The translations under genes and the position numbers were made by a program. 64,000 nucleotides of DNA from Hyphomicrobiales bacterium. Lineage in GTDB: Bacteria > Pseudomonadota > Alphaproteobacteria > Rhizobiales > OSC116. The notes under the pieces were generated by a model. The model was given only the letters and a program-made list of their open reading frames with translations. It made no database searches and was not told the origin of the DNA. The stretch is from NCBI GenBank assembly GCA_051531935.1, contig JAOPTR010000016.1:493766-557765 (forward strand). Direction: 5' to 3'. Below are positions 8,296-18,287 of this stretch, in pieces (the first letter of the stretch is position 1; each line of letters begins with the position of its first letter).

Positions 8296-10643
8296 TTGGC
8301 AGACTCCTGTAATTCTTGGTCACTCTTCTGGCTGTCATGTTTATGGTCTTTGGGTTTTAATTTAATCAACGCCAGCACAACAATACCCGTGGTCATCACC
8401 ACCGAAATCTCGCCAAGCGTATCCAAAGCTCTAAAGTCGACCAAAATCACATTCACAATATTATGTCCATGTGCAATGGCCGCACTATATTTGGTGAAAT
8501 AATCTGATAAACTCATATCCAATTCGGTCTGCATCACGCGCAATAGCAATAATGCAAAACCCGAACCAACAGCAATGGCAACAACTGTGGCCACAACGGC
8601 TTCTAAACCATTTTTAGCATCGTTTTTGTCCAATTTAAGCCGCGTCATTACCAAGGCCAAAATAATTACCGATAAAGTTTCAACCATAAATTGGGTAAAT
8701 GATAAATCTGGCGCCCCAAATAACATAAATAATATAGCAACAGCAAAACCCAATATACCAAGCGATACAATGGCTGTTAAGCGCGATGTCGCCACCAAAA
8801 CAGCATAGAGGCCAAGCACCGCAATCAGCAATATTCCTGCCTCATAAAATGTTGGTTTTTCAAGCGCTGCAAAATCAATTGTTGGTAAGGCATCATAGGC
8901 TAACATCGGCACCCAAATCACCAATGCCAACAAAACAAAGGTATTGCGCATATAGGTTTTCAAATGACCCGTTTGGAATAGATTGGTAATCAATTGAGAA
9001 ACCAAAAGCAAAAGCGCCATAAATTGGTCAAAGCCTTTATTCGGCCCCCAACCAATCCAATTCAATGTGGCGTCTGCAAAAGCACGTACCTTGTCGTAAA
9101 AATAGAATATCAAACCACCCAAAGCCATGGTTAAAAGACTCAACATAAGCGGCGCGTTAATACCGCCCCAAAGGTGTAAATTGGTTTCAGCGTTCACATT
9201 GGCAATACTGCTAATAGCGCTATGAATAATCGTATGCCCCAAATAAGCAATGCCCACCCCAGCAGCCAAGCCAGTTAAACCGAGCATCAATGGCCCTAGC
9301 CACAGCATAATAGAACCTTCATGCGCTTGCTTTGGCATTTTGCCCAGCTCACCCAACATTGGTTTCAACGCCACAGCAAAGCCAATGGCAAACATTAAAG
9401 CGTTGCCAATAATCGCCACCACTAACAATATGGTCGATAGTGGGTCACCATGTAATAAAGCATGATACATGCTTTCTTTAGCCACAAAACCAACCAAAGG
9501 AATAATCCCACCCATAGATAAGGCAGCTATTAAAGCAGCAAAAAATGTGATCGGCATTTTACGTCTCAGGCCACCAAGTTTGGTAATGTCAATCGTACCT
9601 GCTTCGTGGTAAATGGTGCCTGCCACCATAAACAAACCACCTTTAAAGAGTGAATGCGCCAAAAGATAAAGCACAGCACCTTCAATAGCGCCCTCGCCAC
9701 CTGCACCCAAAAGCATGGTCAAAAGACCAAGTGATGCCATTGTTGTATAGGCGAGCATTTGTTTCAAATCTGTCTGGCGAATGGCAATAAATGTACCCGC
9801 CAATAAAGTGAACCCGCCAAATATTCCCAAAATTAGCGACCATTCAACCGTGTCGCCCAATATCGGGTAGGTACGCATCATCAAGTAAATACCTGCTTTC
9901 ACCATGGTTGCAGAATGCAAAAAAGCACTCACAGGTGTTGGTGCTTCCATCGCGTTTGGTAACCAAAAGTGAAAAGGAAATTGTGCCGATTTTGTAAACG
10001 CACCCAATAATATCAGAATTAAAATCACAAAATATAAATCAAGATTCTTAATCTCATCACCAAATTGCAATATTTCATACATTTCAAAATTACCAACTGA
10101 AGTGCCCAAAATAACAAACCCAGCCAATAACGCCAAACCACCAAGCCCAGTTACCACTAAGGCTTGTAAGGCTGCGCGGCGCGATGCTTTGCGCAAATGG
10201 TCAAAGCCGATCAATAAGAATGAGGTTACCGAGGTCAGTTCCCAAAATAAGAAAATCGCCATCAAGTTAGATGATAAAACAACACCCAACATCGAAGCCA
10301 TAAACATCAGCATAAAGGCAAAAAATCGTCCCAAATGCACATGGCCTTTTAAATACCCACCACTATAAATCATTATAAATGTGCCAATGCCCGATATCAG
10401 CAATGCAAATAACAAGCTAATTCCATCAAGATAGAATGTCATATTCAGCCCAAGGCTAGGTATCCAAGGGTGAAATTCAAAAATACCACGGCTAGCCATT
10501 ACTTGGTCATATTGACCTAAAAAATATACGAAAATAGAGGCAGGCAAAATCGCCAATACCCAACCAGCGCGGTAGCCAAGAAAACGTTTTAACGTTGGTG
10601 CAAATAATGCCAAAATAAAGCCAGATAAAACCGCTAAAAGCAT
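8292..10643 (-). CDS. mnhA: monovalent cation/H+ antiporter subunit A (NuoL-like)
   Basis: 783 aa. The N-terminal NuoL-like module shows [17 protein letters not shown] and [22 protein letters not shown], followed by a C-terminal MbhD/E-like extension. It is the first gene of the operon. Confidence 0.9.
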   Translation of the reverse strand: MLLAVLSGFILALFAPTLKRFLGYRAGWVLAILPASIFVYFLGQYDQVMASRGIFEFHPWIPSLGLNMTFYLDGISLLFALLISGIGTFIMIYSGGYLKGHVHLGRFFAFMLMFMASMLGVVLSSNLMAIFLFWELTSVTSFLLIGFDHLRKASRRAALQALVVTGLGGLALLAGFVILGTSVGNFEMYEILQFGDEIKNLDLYFVILILILLGAFTKSAQFPFHFWLPNAMEAPTPVSAFLHSATMVKAGIYLMMRTYPILGDTVEWSLILGIFGGFTLLAGTFIAIRQTDLKQMLAYTTMASLGLLTMLLGAGGEGAIEGAVLYLLAHSLFKGGLFMVAGTIYHEAGTIDITKLGGLRRKMPITFFAALIAALSMGGIIPLVGFVAKESMYHALLHGDPLSTILLVVAIIGNALMFAIGFAVALKPMLGELGKMPKQAHEGSIMLWLGPLMLGLTGLAAGVGIAYLGHTIIHSAISSIANVNAETNLHLWGGINAPLMLSLLTMALGGLIFYFYDKVRAFADATLNWIGWGPNKGFDQFMALLLLVSQLITNLFQTGHLKTYMRNTFVLLALVIWVPMLAYDALPTIDFAALEKPTFYEAGILLIAVLGLYAVLVATSRLTAIVSLGILGFAVAILFMLFGAPDLSFTQFMVETLSVIILALVMTRLKLDKNDAKNGLEAVVATVVAIAVGSGFALLLLRVMQTELDMSLSDYFTKYSAAIAHGHNIVNVILVDFRALDTLGEISVVMTTGIVVLALIKLKPKDHKHDSQKSDQELQESAK

Positions 10644-10727
10644 ATTTTCCTCAATTCATAGGGGATTAGCACGGTAAAAACTGCGCCAAGGGGATTCAGA
10701 ATTATCTGCCAGACTCGGCTTTTATAG

Positions 10728-10742
10728 TTAATGTGCGGTTAA
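10728..10742. promoter_or_regulatory. TTAA-N7-TTAA (CtrA-type) box between mnhA and msrB
   Basis: TTAATGTGCGGTTAA. It reads TTAA-N7-TTAAC on the - strand. It lies 85 bp from the mnhA start and 127 bp from the msrB ATG. Confidence 0.35.
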
Positions 10743-10868
10743 TGAAATATTTATACATCGAAACAATTCCAATAAGCCCCGAATTTTACAACATAATATC
10801 AAAACATTGCGCTTGTAACTTGCCCAAAGACTGCTTATCTTCGTCTAACAATATGAAGGATTACCGCT

Positions 10869-11264
10869 ATGAACCAAATCAAAACTCAAGACGAATTACG
10901 TAAAATTTTGTCAGAGGAAGAGTTTCATGTCACGCAAAATGCAGGTACAGAGCGCCCACACACTCACGAATATAATCTCGAATGGTCATTAGGTACCTAT
11001 AACTGCATTTGCTGCGATACGGCTTTGTTTTTGTCCGATAGTAAATTCGATGCCGGCTGCGGTTGGCCAAGCTTTTTTGCCACTGTTTCAGACAATGTGG
11101 TTAAAGAAATAGAAGACTTATCATATCTCAACCGCCCCCGCACCGAAATCAGATGCAATAAATGCGACGCTCATTTAGGCCATGTATTCCCCGATGGGCC
11201 ACCGCCAACAGGCCTACGCTATTGCCTCAATGGCAGCGCCCTCAATTTCACTCCTAATTCTTAA
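10869..11264 (+). CDS. msrB: peptide-methionine (R)-S-oxide reductase
   Basis: 131 aa with two CxxC pairs (CICCDTALF, CNKCDAHLGHVFPDGP) and RYCLNGSAL. Confidence 0.9.
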   Translation: MNQIKTQDELRKILSEEEFHVTQNAGTERPHTHEYNLEWSLGTYNCICCDTALFLSDSKFDAGCGWPSFFATVSDNVVKEIEDLSYLNRPRTEIRCNKCDAHLGHVFPDGPPPTGLRYCLNGSALNFTPNS

Positions 11265-11275
11265 AGTATAATCAT

Positions 11276-13348
11276 ATGACACAAAAACCAATTGCACCCA
11301 AAATTCCAAAAACAGATGTTCACCATGGCATTTCCCGTACCGACAATTATGCGTGGCTGCGCGATGATAATTGGCAAGAAGTGTTGCGTGACCCCAAAGT
11401 GCTCAATCAAGACATCCGCACACATTTAGAGGCCGAAAACGCCTATACACTCAGCCGCTTAACCGATACGGTAGAGCTTCAAGACCAGCTTTATAAAGAA
11501 ATGCGCGGCCGCATTAAAGAAGATGACAATAGCGTACCCGTCAAAGATGGTGCCTACCTTTACGGTGCTAAATTCGAAACTGGCAAAGAATACGCCATTC
11601 ACTACCGCACCCACATCGCAAATGACAAACAAGAAATCCTTATTGATGGCAATCAGCTAGCCGTTGGCGAAAAATATTTCCGCATTATTTCTCTCGCTCA
11701 CAGTCCCGATCATCGCTTTGTTGCATATGGTGTAGATGTAAAAGGTTCCGAAAAATACACAATCAAAATCATCGACACCCAAACTGGCGATTTACTTGCC
11801 GACCAAATTTTGGAAACCACTGGCAGCATCACATGGGCAGCCGACAGCCAAACATTCTTCTATGTTAAAGTCGATGACAATCACCGCCCTTCCGAAGTTT
11901 ACCGCCATGTTCTAGGCAATATAGATGATACGCTGACCTATCATGAGCAAGATAGCGGCTTATTCGTCAATGTCGGCAAAGTGCAAGACGGCAGCTACAT
12001 CGTCATAAATATTGCAGATCACGAAAGTGCTGAACTGCATATAATAGACGCCAACAGCCCTGCAGAAACTCCAAAATTGCTACTAAAGCGTAGCAACCTG
12101 CACGAATATAGCGTCGAGCATCATTCAGGCAATTTCTACATATTGTCAAATTTCAATGATCGTGAAGATTTCGCCATTTTTAAATGCCCTGTCGATAATT
12201 TCACCACCGATGCTTGGCAAGAGGTTATCCCACATGAAGCAGGTACACTCATCATCAGCTGCGGCGTACTTAAAAACTGGCTTATTTGGCTACAACGCAA
12301 AGACGGCCTGCCCTCCATTCAAATGCTTAATTTCGCAAATGGCGAACAAAGCCAAGTGAGCTTCGATGAGGAAGCCTATTCTCTAGGCCTTAGCTTAGGT
12401 ATGGAATTCGATACAAACGACATCCGCCTCACCTATTCAAGCCCCACAACTCCCGCTCAAACGTTCGACTACAATCTCAATACCAAAGATCGCAAACTCA
12501 TTAAAGAACAAGAAATCCCATCTGGTCACAATATTACCGATTATGAAACCAAACGGTTGTTTGCCACTTCACATGATGGCGAGCAAATCCCCATCACATT
12601 GTTATATAACGCGGGACTAGTGCTAGATGGCAAAGCTCCAATGCTATTATATGGCTATGGTTCCTACGGCTACAGCATGCCTGCAAGCTTTAACAGTAAA
12701 ATGCTAAGTCTGGTCGATCGCGGTTTTGTTTATGCCATCGCACATGTACGTGGCGGCATGGAAAAAGGCTATAATTGGTATAAATCCGCAAAACGCGAAA
12801 CCAAGGCCAATAGTTTCAAAGATTTTGTATCCTGTGCAGAGCATCTCATTCAGTTAAATTACACTTCTGCAGGGAATATCATTGCCGAAGGCCGTAGCGC
12901 GGGCGGTCTGCTTATGGGCGCAATCAACAATATGTCTCCAGAGCTTTGGGGCGCGGTAATATCCGAGGTTCCCTTTGTCGATACGCTAACCACCATGTTA
13001 GATGATACACTACCCCTCACACCACCAGAATGGCCAGAATGGGGCAACCCCATTGCCGATGAGCAAGCCTATAAAAACATAGAATCCTATTCGCCATACG
13101 ATCAAATCAGCAAAAAGAAATACCCTGCTGTATTGGCCGTTGGTGGCTTAACAGATCCGCGCGTCACCTATTGGGAGCCTGCAAAATGGGTTGCTAAATT
13201 ACGTGAATTTAACACGTCAGATAACGACATATTGTTATATACCGAAATGGAAGCAGGTCATGGCGGCGCTTCAGGTCGCTTCGAAAGCCTCAAAGAAGAT
13301 GCTCGGCTCTATGCTTTTGCCATCAAAGCCATTGGCTTGCATAAATAG
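11276..13348 (+). CDS. ptrB: S9 family serine peptidase, oligopeptidase B (protease II)
   Basis: 690 aa. The N-terminal beta-propeller region shows DNYAWLRDDNW. The catalytic domain has GRSAGGLLMG and C-terminal EAGHGG. Confidence 0.85.
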   Translation: MTQKPIAPKIPKTDVHHGISRTDNYAWLRDDNWQEVLRDPKVLNQDIRTHLEAENAYTLSRLTDTVELQDQLYKEMRGRIKEDDNSVPVKDGAYLYGAKFETGKEYAIHYRTHIANDKQEILIDGNQLAVGEKYFRIISLAHSPDHRFVAYGVDVKGSEKYTIKIIDTQTGDLLADQILETTGSITWAADSQTFFYVKVDDNHRPSEVYRHVLGNIDDTLTYHEQDSGLFVNVGKVQDGSYIVINIADHESAELHIIDANSPAETPKLLLKRSNLHEYSVEHHSGNFYILSNFNDREDFAIFKCPVDNFTTDAWQEVIPHEAGTLIISCGVLKNWLIWLQRKDGLPSIQMLNFANGEQSQVSFDEEAYSLGLSLGMEFDTNDIRLTYSSPTTPAQTFDYNLNTKDRKLIKEQEIPSGHNITDYETKRLFATSHDGEQIPITLLYNAGLVLDGKAPMLLYGYGSYGYSMPASFNSKMLSLVDRGFVYAIAHVRGGMEKGYNWYKSAKRETKANSFKDFVSCAEHLIQLNYTSAGNIIAEGRSAGGLLMGAINNMSPELWGAVISEVPFVDTLTTMLDDTLPLTPPEWPEWGNPIADEQAYKNIESYSPYDQISKKKYPAVLAVGGLTDPRVTYWEPAKWVAKLREFNTSDNDILLYTEMEAGHGGASGRFESLKEDARLYAFAIKAIGLHK

Positions 13349-13358
13349 GACACTCAGT

Positions 13359-13601
13359 ATGGAACAAAAAAAGATCGAACTATCAGACGATCGCAAGGCT
13401 GCGCTTATTTTTAAAATTAAAGCCTATTTTGAAAATGAATTAAGCCAAGACATTGGTCAATTTGATGCCGAATTTTTGCTTAATTTCTTCACCGAGGAAT
13501 TAGGCACAAATATCTACAATCAAGCTTTGTGGGATATGCAGGATCAATTAAAAGAAAGATTTGAACTGATGAATGACATCATTTATCAGTTGGAAAAATA
13601 A
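13359..13601 (+). CDS. DUF2164 domain-containing protein
   Basis: 80 aa, MEQKKIELSDDRKAALIFKIKAYFENELSQDIGQFDAEFLLNFF..., typical of DUF2164. The upstream part of the longer ORF overlaps ptrB and was discarded. Confidence 0.55.
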   Translation: MEQKKIELSDDRKAALIFKIKAYFENELSQDIGQFDAEFLLNFFTEELGTNIYNQALWDMQDQLKERFELMNDIIYQLEK

Positions 13602-14046
13602 CATCAATCCAAGTGATAAGAAGTTCAGTTTCGTCATTAAAATCTATTTTTTGGTGTTCACATTCCGTGTTTAAAAAATCGGCGTTCATATCTTTCCAGC
13701 TTTGTAAACTTCCATTCCCAATGCAAAATTGTTTGGCAAGCTGCTCTGTCACCTGATTGTATTTTATTGTGTCAATGCCAACAATTTTCACCACTGCAAA
13801 CGCTTCGCCAAACCTATCTGCCAAAACCAATATCCCGCCTTCTACAAGCGGTTCTATCTCTTGAACAGTGAACCATGCAGCAATTTTAAAAACAGCCTTT
13901 ATTTCGCCAGAAACAAGTCTGCGCTTTTCCTCCATATAATCTTGTTCAACAAAATTATGCTCTACATAACGCACATTTTCGTGTGCCTTACTAAACCCAT
14001 GTTCAGCAAAATAGTTTTCCAAAAATGTATGGATTCTCTTGTCCAC
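13579..14046 (-). CDS. ASCH domain protein (COG4405/YhfF-like), paralog 1
   Basis: 155 aa with a GTG start preceded by GAGGGA. The layout is FL.NYF...VRYV / VLADRFGEAFAVVKI / NGSLQSWKD..ADFL / ETELL...IFP. Confidence 0.65.
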   Translation of the reverse strand: MDKRIHTFLENYFAEHGFSKAHENVRYVEHNFVEQDYMEEKRRLVSGEIKAVFKIAAWFTVQEIEPLVEGGILVLADRFGEAFAVVKIVGIDTIKYNQVTEQLAKQFCIGNGSLQSWKDMNADFLNTECEHQKIDFNDETELLITWIDVIFPTDK

Positions 14047-14078
14047 ATTTCCCTCTTCATTGGGTTTATAAATCCCGC

Positions 14079-14555
14079 TTATTGCGGGTATAGTCGTTCA
14101 AACCACATAGCTTCTAGTTCAACATTTTCATCAAATGTAATATTAATACTCTCGCAATCAGCAACAATCATCGCATGTTTGGTCTCGCGCCAAACTTCAA
14201 CATCGCCATCTTCAATGCCAGATGCAATGGCGTGTTCTTTGTTAAACTCTTTATAAAGAATTGTTTCAAGTTTGCTGATTTTCACAACCACATGCGGCTC
14301 GCCATAAAAATCTGTTAAAACCATATAGTCCCCAACTAGTGGTTGAGGCACTTTCTGGCTTAAAAGCCATGGTTTCAATCTAAACAATGCTGTTTTTTTA
14401 CCAGATATAAGGTCAGCTAAATTATCGCCACTTTCATCATCCGAAAGCACAAACTGCACATAACGAACCCTTTCATGAGTTCGATGCAAATTTTCTTGCT
14501 CAAATAAATTGGCTAAAAATTTATGAATTCCAGTTGCCATGGTTCTTAAGATCAC
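14079..14555 (-). CDS. ASCH domain protein (COG4405/YhfF-like), paralog 2
   Basis: 158 aa from the GTG at 14555, or 153 aa from the alternative ATG at 14540. It has the same motif layout (VRYV, VLTDFYGEPHVVVKI, VEVWRE, ELEAMWFERLYP). Confidence 0.6.
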   Translation of the reverse strand: MILRTMATGIHKFLANLFEQENLHRTHERVRYVQFVLSDDESGDNLADLISGKKTALFRLKPWLLSQKVPQPLVGDYMVLTDFYGEPHVVVKISKLETILYKEFNKEHAIASGIEDGDVEVWRETKHAMIVADCESINITFDENVELEAMWFERLYPQ

Positions 14556-14708
14556 ACTCCAAATAGATTACTAGTCATTGGTATTAGACTAAAGTCTATA
14601 GTGAATCTTGATATTGTCAATTAACAATGGCTAATGATTACTCAAAATGAGTTATAAGACAAGCAGTGGTTTAAATTAATACTGTATAAATCTATATAAA
14701 TCAATATT

Positions 14709-15218
14709 TTACGGTGAATATGGATATAAAACGTCAAATTTTGTGACCAATAATTCAGTCTCAGCGTCAAATTTAATACCTGCAAAAATGCAATCTTTAG
14801 CGATTACATTACGGCTTCTTTGGCGCCAAACGCTCAAACTACCATCACCATATCCAAATTCTAACGCTAATTCTTCATCAACATCCTTGTATAAGACAAT
14901 TTCGCAGTGTCTAATTTTTCCAACCGCTTTTGCCATTCCATAGAAATCAGTCAAAACTAAAATGTGGTTTTCCTCACCCCACCTCATGGCCTGCTCAACA
15001 TACCAAGCGCGCGCTCTAAACCCAGCACTCACTTTTCCAGCCAGTAAATTTTCAAGATGGTCGTCATTGTCTTCATCGGCATCTAAAAATGGAATATATC
15101 TCACATGTGGGTGCGTGCGGCTTAAACCAAGTTCAGCAAAAAGAGCTTCTAAAAAATCATCTATATTTTGCATTATATTACAATTCATCATTACAAAAGG
15201 ACATGATGAGAGTGACAC
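14709..15218 (-). CDS. ASCH domain protein (COG4405/YhfF-like), paralog 3
   Basis: 169 aa from the GTG at 15218, which overlaps the upstream TAG and has GAGG 5 nt upstream. An alternative ATG is at 15173. Motifs: VRYI, VLTDFYGMAKAVGKI, GSLSVWRQ, ETELLVTKFDVLYP. Confidence 0.6.
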   Translation of the reverse strand: MSLSSCPFVMMNCNIMQNIDDFLEALFAELGLSRTHPHVRYIPFLDADEDNDDHLENLLAGKVSAGFRARAWYVEQAMRWGEENHILVLTDFYGMAKAVGKIRHCEIVLYKDVDEELALEFGYGDGSLSVWRQRSRNVIAKDCIFAGIKFDAETELLVTKFDVLYPYSP

Positions 15219-16399
15219 TAAACCTCTAATATAAAGTGAATTATCGCAAATGATTGGCCATTTAAAAGTATTTCAAGCCGATGCTCACCCGCATAATACT
15301 TTCGGGTCGATATAGGCTTAAACATTTGTTTCTTTAAAATGGATAAAGTCTGCCCCGCAGCCAGTTCAATATTCTTTAATTTAAAAACCTTAGGCGCCAA
15401 TTTACCGTTTGATTTCATAAAATGAATGGCATAATCCAAAACAATTTTCTGGTCAGTTTCAGCTTTTAAATCAAACCCAAACTCCAAATTTTCACCCATT
15501 TTTATGTGAGCATTTGTAAGCGACAGGTTTTCAATTTTTGTATTTATCTGCTCGCTAAACCCAAGCAATGAAAATACTGGCGGAAACCCCTGCTTCACCA
15601 AACCGCGTGTGGCATGCCTCACAACCCATGTAATGTCCTTTAGCCCTGCAGGCTTTGTTTCAGCTTGCCATTTCTTACAAATATCAATTACAAGCTGTGG
15701 GTGGTCTTTGGAAATATCATTCAAATTATTCGCAACAGATCTGCGCACATATTCAGCTTCATCGCTTTTTAATCGGTCTAATAAATCCATAACATCAGAA
15801 GGGTCTTTGATAAATTGCTTCAGCTGCAGCCCCCATGGCAATCTTGGGCGAATGCCTTCACTCGCCAATCTCCTCACATGCTCGTTGTCATGAGCGCACC
15901 ACAATTGTAGGCGCTTATAAGTCAGTTCAAAATGTTGGTTTATAAACGGCCTAATGGCAAATTCGGCCGAAAATAGTGGCGTTAAAACTTCCAAAACATC
16001 AAGGCTCTTTTCGGGGCAATCCAACCCATGCACGCCCACATAATCAATTAACGGCCAAATTGCAAAACCACTAAAATCACTAAGCCCATTACCAACACCC
16101 CAATTTTCACCTACAGCTATCAGCACATCTCCTGCTTGATCAAAATCATCTGGTAATCGTTGATGTAAAATTTCAATCAAATGGTTCACCCGCGCTTTTA
16201 ATTCAAGCGCTTCAATGCCTTCAAAACCATCTGCAACAAATCTCTGGTTATCAAATTCAGGCCAAGCATGCTTTATTTGGCTTGCCATTTTTTCAATAGC
16301 CACAAGGCCTAAACTATCCTTCATTAATTCCGCCATAAACACATCCCATGATAATTTTTGACAAGTATATAAAATAACCTGACTTGAAATATTTTCCAT
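15218..16399 (-). CDS. DNA alkylation repair protein (HEAT-repeat, AlkD/COG4335-like)
   Basis: 393 aa with HVRRLASEGIRPRLPWG and YVRRSVANNLNDISKDHP, typical of this family. Confidence 0.7.
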   Translation of the reverse strand: MENISSQVILYTCQKLSWDVFMAELMKDSLGLVAIEKMASQIKHAWPEFDNQRFVADGFEGIEALELKARVNHLIEILHQRLPDDFDQAGDVLIAVGENWGVGNGLSDFSGFAIWPLIDYVGVHGLDCPEKSLDVLEVLTPLFSAEFAIRPFINQHFELTYKRLQLWCAHDNEHVRRLASEGIRPRLPWGLQLKQFIKDPSDVMDLLDRLKSDEAEYVRRSVANNLNDISKDHPQLVIDICKKWQAETKPAGLKDITWVVRHATRGLVKQGFPPVFSLLGFSEQINTKIENLSLTNAHIKMGENLEFGFDLKAETDQKIVLDYAIHFMKSNGKLAPKVFKLKNIELAAGQTLSILKKQMFKPISTRKYYAGEHRLEILLNGQSFAIIHFILEV

Positions 16400-16449
16400 A
16401 AGACTATAAGGTGCGCTTGATATAAATCAATTCATAATTGGAGGCTAAA

Positions 16450-17055
16450 ATGGCATTCGAATTACCAGTTCTACCTTATGCGTATGATGCGCTAGACCCA
16501 TATATGTCAGCCGAAACTCTAGAGTTTCACCATGACAAACATCACAATGCATATGTAACAAATGGCAATAACTTGCTTAATGGTTCAGGCCTAGAAGATA
16601 AATCACTAGAAGAAATCATCGTTGCTACTTATGGCGATGCTTCAAAAGCTGGTCTATTTAACAATGCTGCTCAACATTTCAACCATATGCATTTCTGGAA
16701 TTGGATGAAAAAAGACGGCGGCGGTTCAATTCCTGGTGAATTAGAAGCTAAAATCATTGCAGACCTTGGTTCTGTAGCTGCGTTACGCGATGCTTTTTTA
16801 ACTGCAGGCGCTACACAATTTGGTTCTGGTTGGTGCTGGTTGGTACAAAATGCCGAAGGCAAATTGGAAGTTACAAAAACAGCAAATGGCGAAAACCCTC
16901 TTTGCTTTGGCCAAACACCATTGCTAGGTTGCGACGTTTGGGAGCATAGCTATTATATTGACTACCGCAATGCACGCCCTAAATACCTCGAAGCTTATTT
17001 CGATAACATGATCAATTGGGAATATGTAGCCGAACTATATGGCAACGCTTCTTAA
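16450..17055 (+). CDS. sodB: Fe/Mn superoxide dismutase
   Basis: MAFELPVLPYAYDALDPYMSAETLEFHHDKHH and DVWEHSYYIDYRN. GGAGG lies 6 nt upstream of the ATG at 16450. Confidence 0.92.
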   Translation: MAFELPVLPYAYDALDPYMSAETLEFHHDKHHNAYVTNGNNLLNGSGLEDKSLEEIIVATYGDASKAGLFNNAAQHFNHMHFWNWMKKDGGGSIPGELEAKIIADLGSVAALRDAFLTAGATQFGSGWCWLVQNAEGKLEVTKTANGENPLCFGQTPLLGCDVWEHSYYIDYRNARPKYLEAYFDNMINWEYVAELYGNAS

Positions 17056-17078
17056 GCTCATAAGAATTACAATTCTAA

Positions 17079-17110
17079 ACCTCGTTTTTTTAAAAAAACG
17101 GGGTTTTTTT
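17079..17110 (+). terminator. rho-independent terminator after sodB (bidirectional, shared with azlD)
   Basis: CCTCGTTTTTTT/AAAAAAACGGGG hairpin followed by a T7 run. It lies between convergent genes. Confidence 0.6.
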
Positions 17111-17402
17111 ATGCAAAAAACTTAATCGCCAACAATCCACCAATGCCCACAAACATTGATAATATGGCATTATTGCTAAACCAGTAAGTCACCAAAAAAA
17201 CCACAAGCATACCCTGTTCAACCATACTACCGCGCAACGCACCAGGTATAAAAAATGCCATCATGGCGCAAATTGGCAACATTAATAAGGTCGAGCGATA
17301 AGGCGAATCCTCAGCGACATAACCAGACAGCAGCACACCAATGGCGCGGGTGAAATATAAAACAATTGGCAATATCACCAATACAATCCAAGGTTCAACC
17401 AT
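17109..17402 (-). CDS. azlD: AzlD family branched-chain amino acid exporter small subunit
   Basis: 97-aa hydrophobic protein that overlaps azlC by 8 nt. Confidence 0.65.
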   Translation of the reverse strand: MVEPWIVLVILPIVLYFTRAIGVLLSGYVAEDSPYRSTLLMLPICAMMAFFIPGALRGSMVEQGMLVVFLVTYWFSNNAILSMFVGIGGLLAIKFFA

Positions 17403-18093
17403 TTTTTCGGTTCCTCAGTTCGAGCCATAAATTACTCAACCCACCAACACTCACGCCGCCAAGCATAATTAAAAACTGCTCAGCATTTAACAAATATAAA
17501 GCTAAGATTGTCATGGCTGCCAATAGAATCGGTGTTTTAAGCCCCTCACCTGTTTTCATCAGCATAATCACCAACATGCCCAAATACATCACACCGGCAT
17601 AAGCAAGGCTATCGACAATGGATTTTTGTAAGCTCCCAGCAATCAACAATCCAATCACTGTGCCAGATATCCATAAACAGTAAACAAAGACACCAGAGCC
17701 ACAAATATAAGCAAATTTGTTTTCAATATGTTTGGCGCGCATTCCTAAAACATAACTTATATCGGTATAGATAAATATTTTCAGATATTTCTGCCAAGCA
17801 GGCTGCCCAACAAAAACATGTCCCAAAGCCATGCCCATAAATATATTACGCGAGGCTATTAAAAAACCAGATAATAAAATGGTAGCAAGCGGTAACACAT
17901 CACCCCAAATGGAAATTGTGGCAAATTGCACACTGCCAGCAAATACAAATGCGCTCAAGCTCAAGGCTTCCACAAATGTTAGCCCCTTGGCCACTGCAGC
18001 CGAGCCAAAAATAACCGCAAACAACATTGCAGTTCCGCCCAACCCAATACTATCAAGCGCACCGCGCCTAAAATCATTCATATTAATATCCAA
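17395..18093 (-). CDS. azlC: AzlC family branched-chain amino acid exporter subunit
   Basis: 232-aa polytopic membrane protein with AzlC-like FAGSVQFA and NIFMGMAL motifs. Confidence 0.7.
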   Translation of the reverse strand: MDINMNDFRRGALDSIGLGGTAMLFAVIFGSAAVAKGLTFVEALSLSAFVFAGSVQFATISIWGDVLPLATILLSGFLIASRNIFMGMALGHVFVGQPAWQKYLKIFIYTDISYVLGMRAKHIENKFAYICGSGVFVYCLWISGTVIGLLIAGSLQKSIVDSLAYAGVMYLGMLVIMLMKTGEGLKTPILLAAMTILALYLLNAEQFLIMLGGVSVGGLSNLWLELRNRKNG

Positions 18094-18218
18094 TTAAATT
18101 ACCATCCTAATTAGGTATTTATGGAACTAATGTCCAACAAATTTAATTGATATATTGCCAATCGCGTGAAAAGCCCTCACTCAAACAGATAAGACCAAAT
18201 TTCCAAACTTCACTAAAA

Positions 18219-18248
18219 CAAAAAAAAGCAAGAGCCAATGCTCTTGCT
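18219..18248 (-). terminator. rho-independent terminator after the DUF853 ATPase gene
   Basis: On the - strand, AGCAAGAGC-ATTG-GCTCTTGCT (9-bp stem) is followed by a T8 run. Confidence 0.7.
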
Positions 18249-18287
18249 TCATTTATAGATATTTTATTTGCGCAGATTACATCAAGC

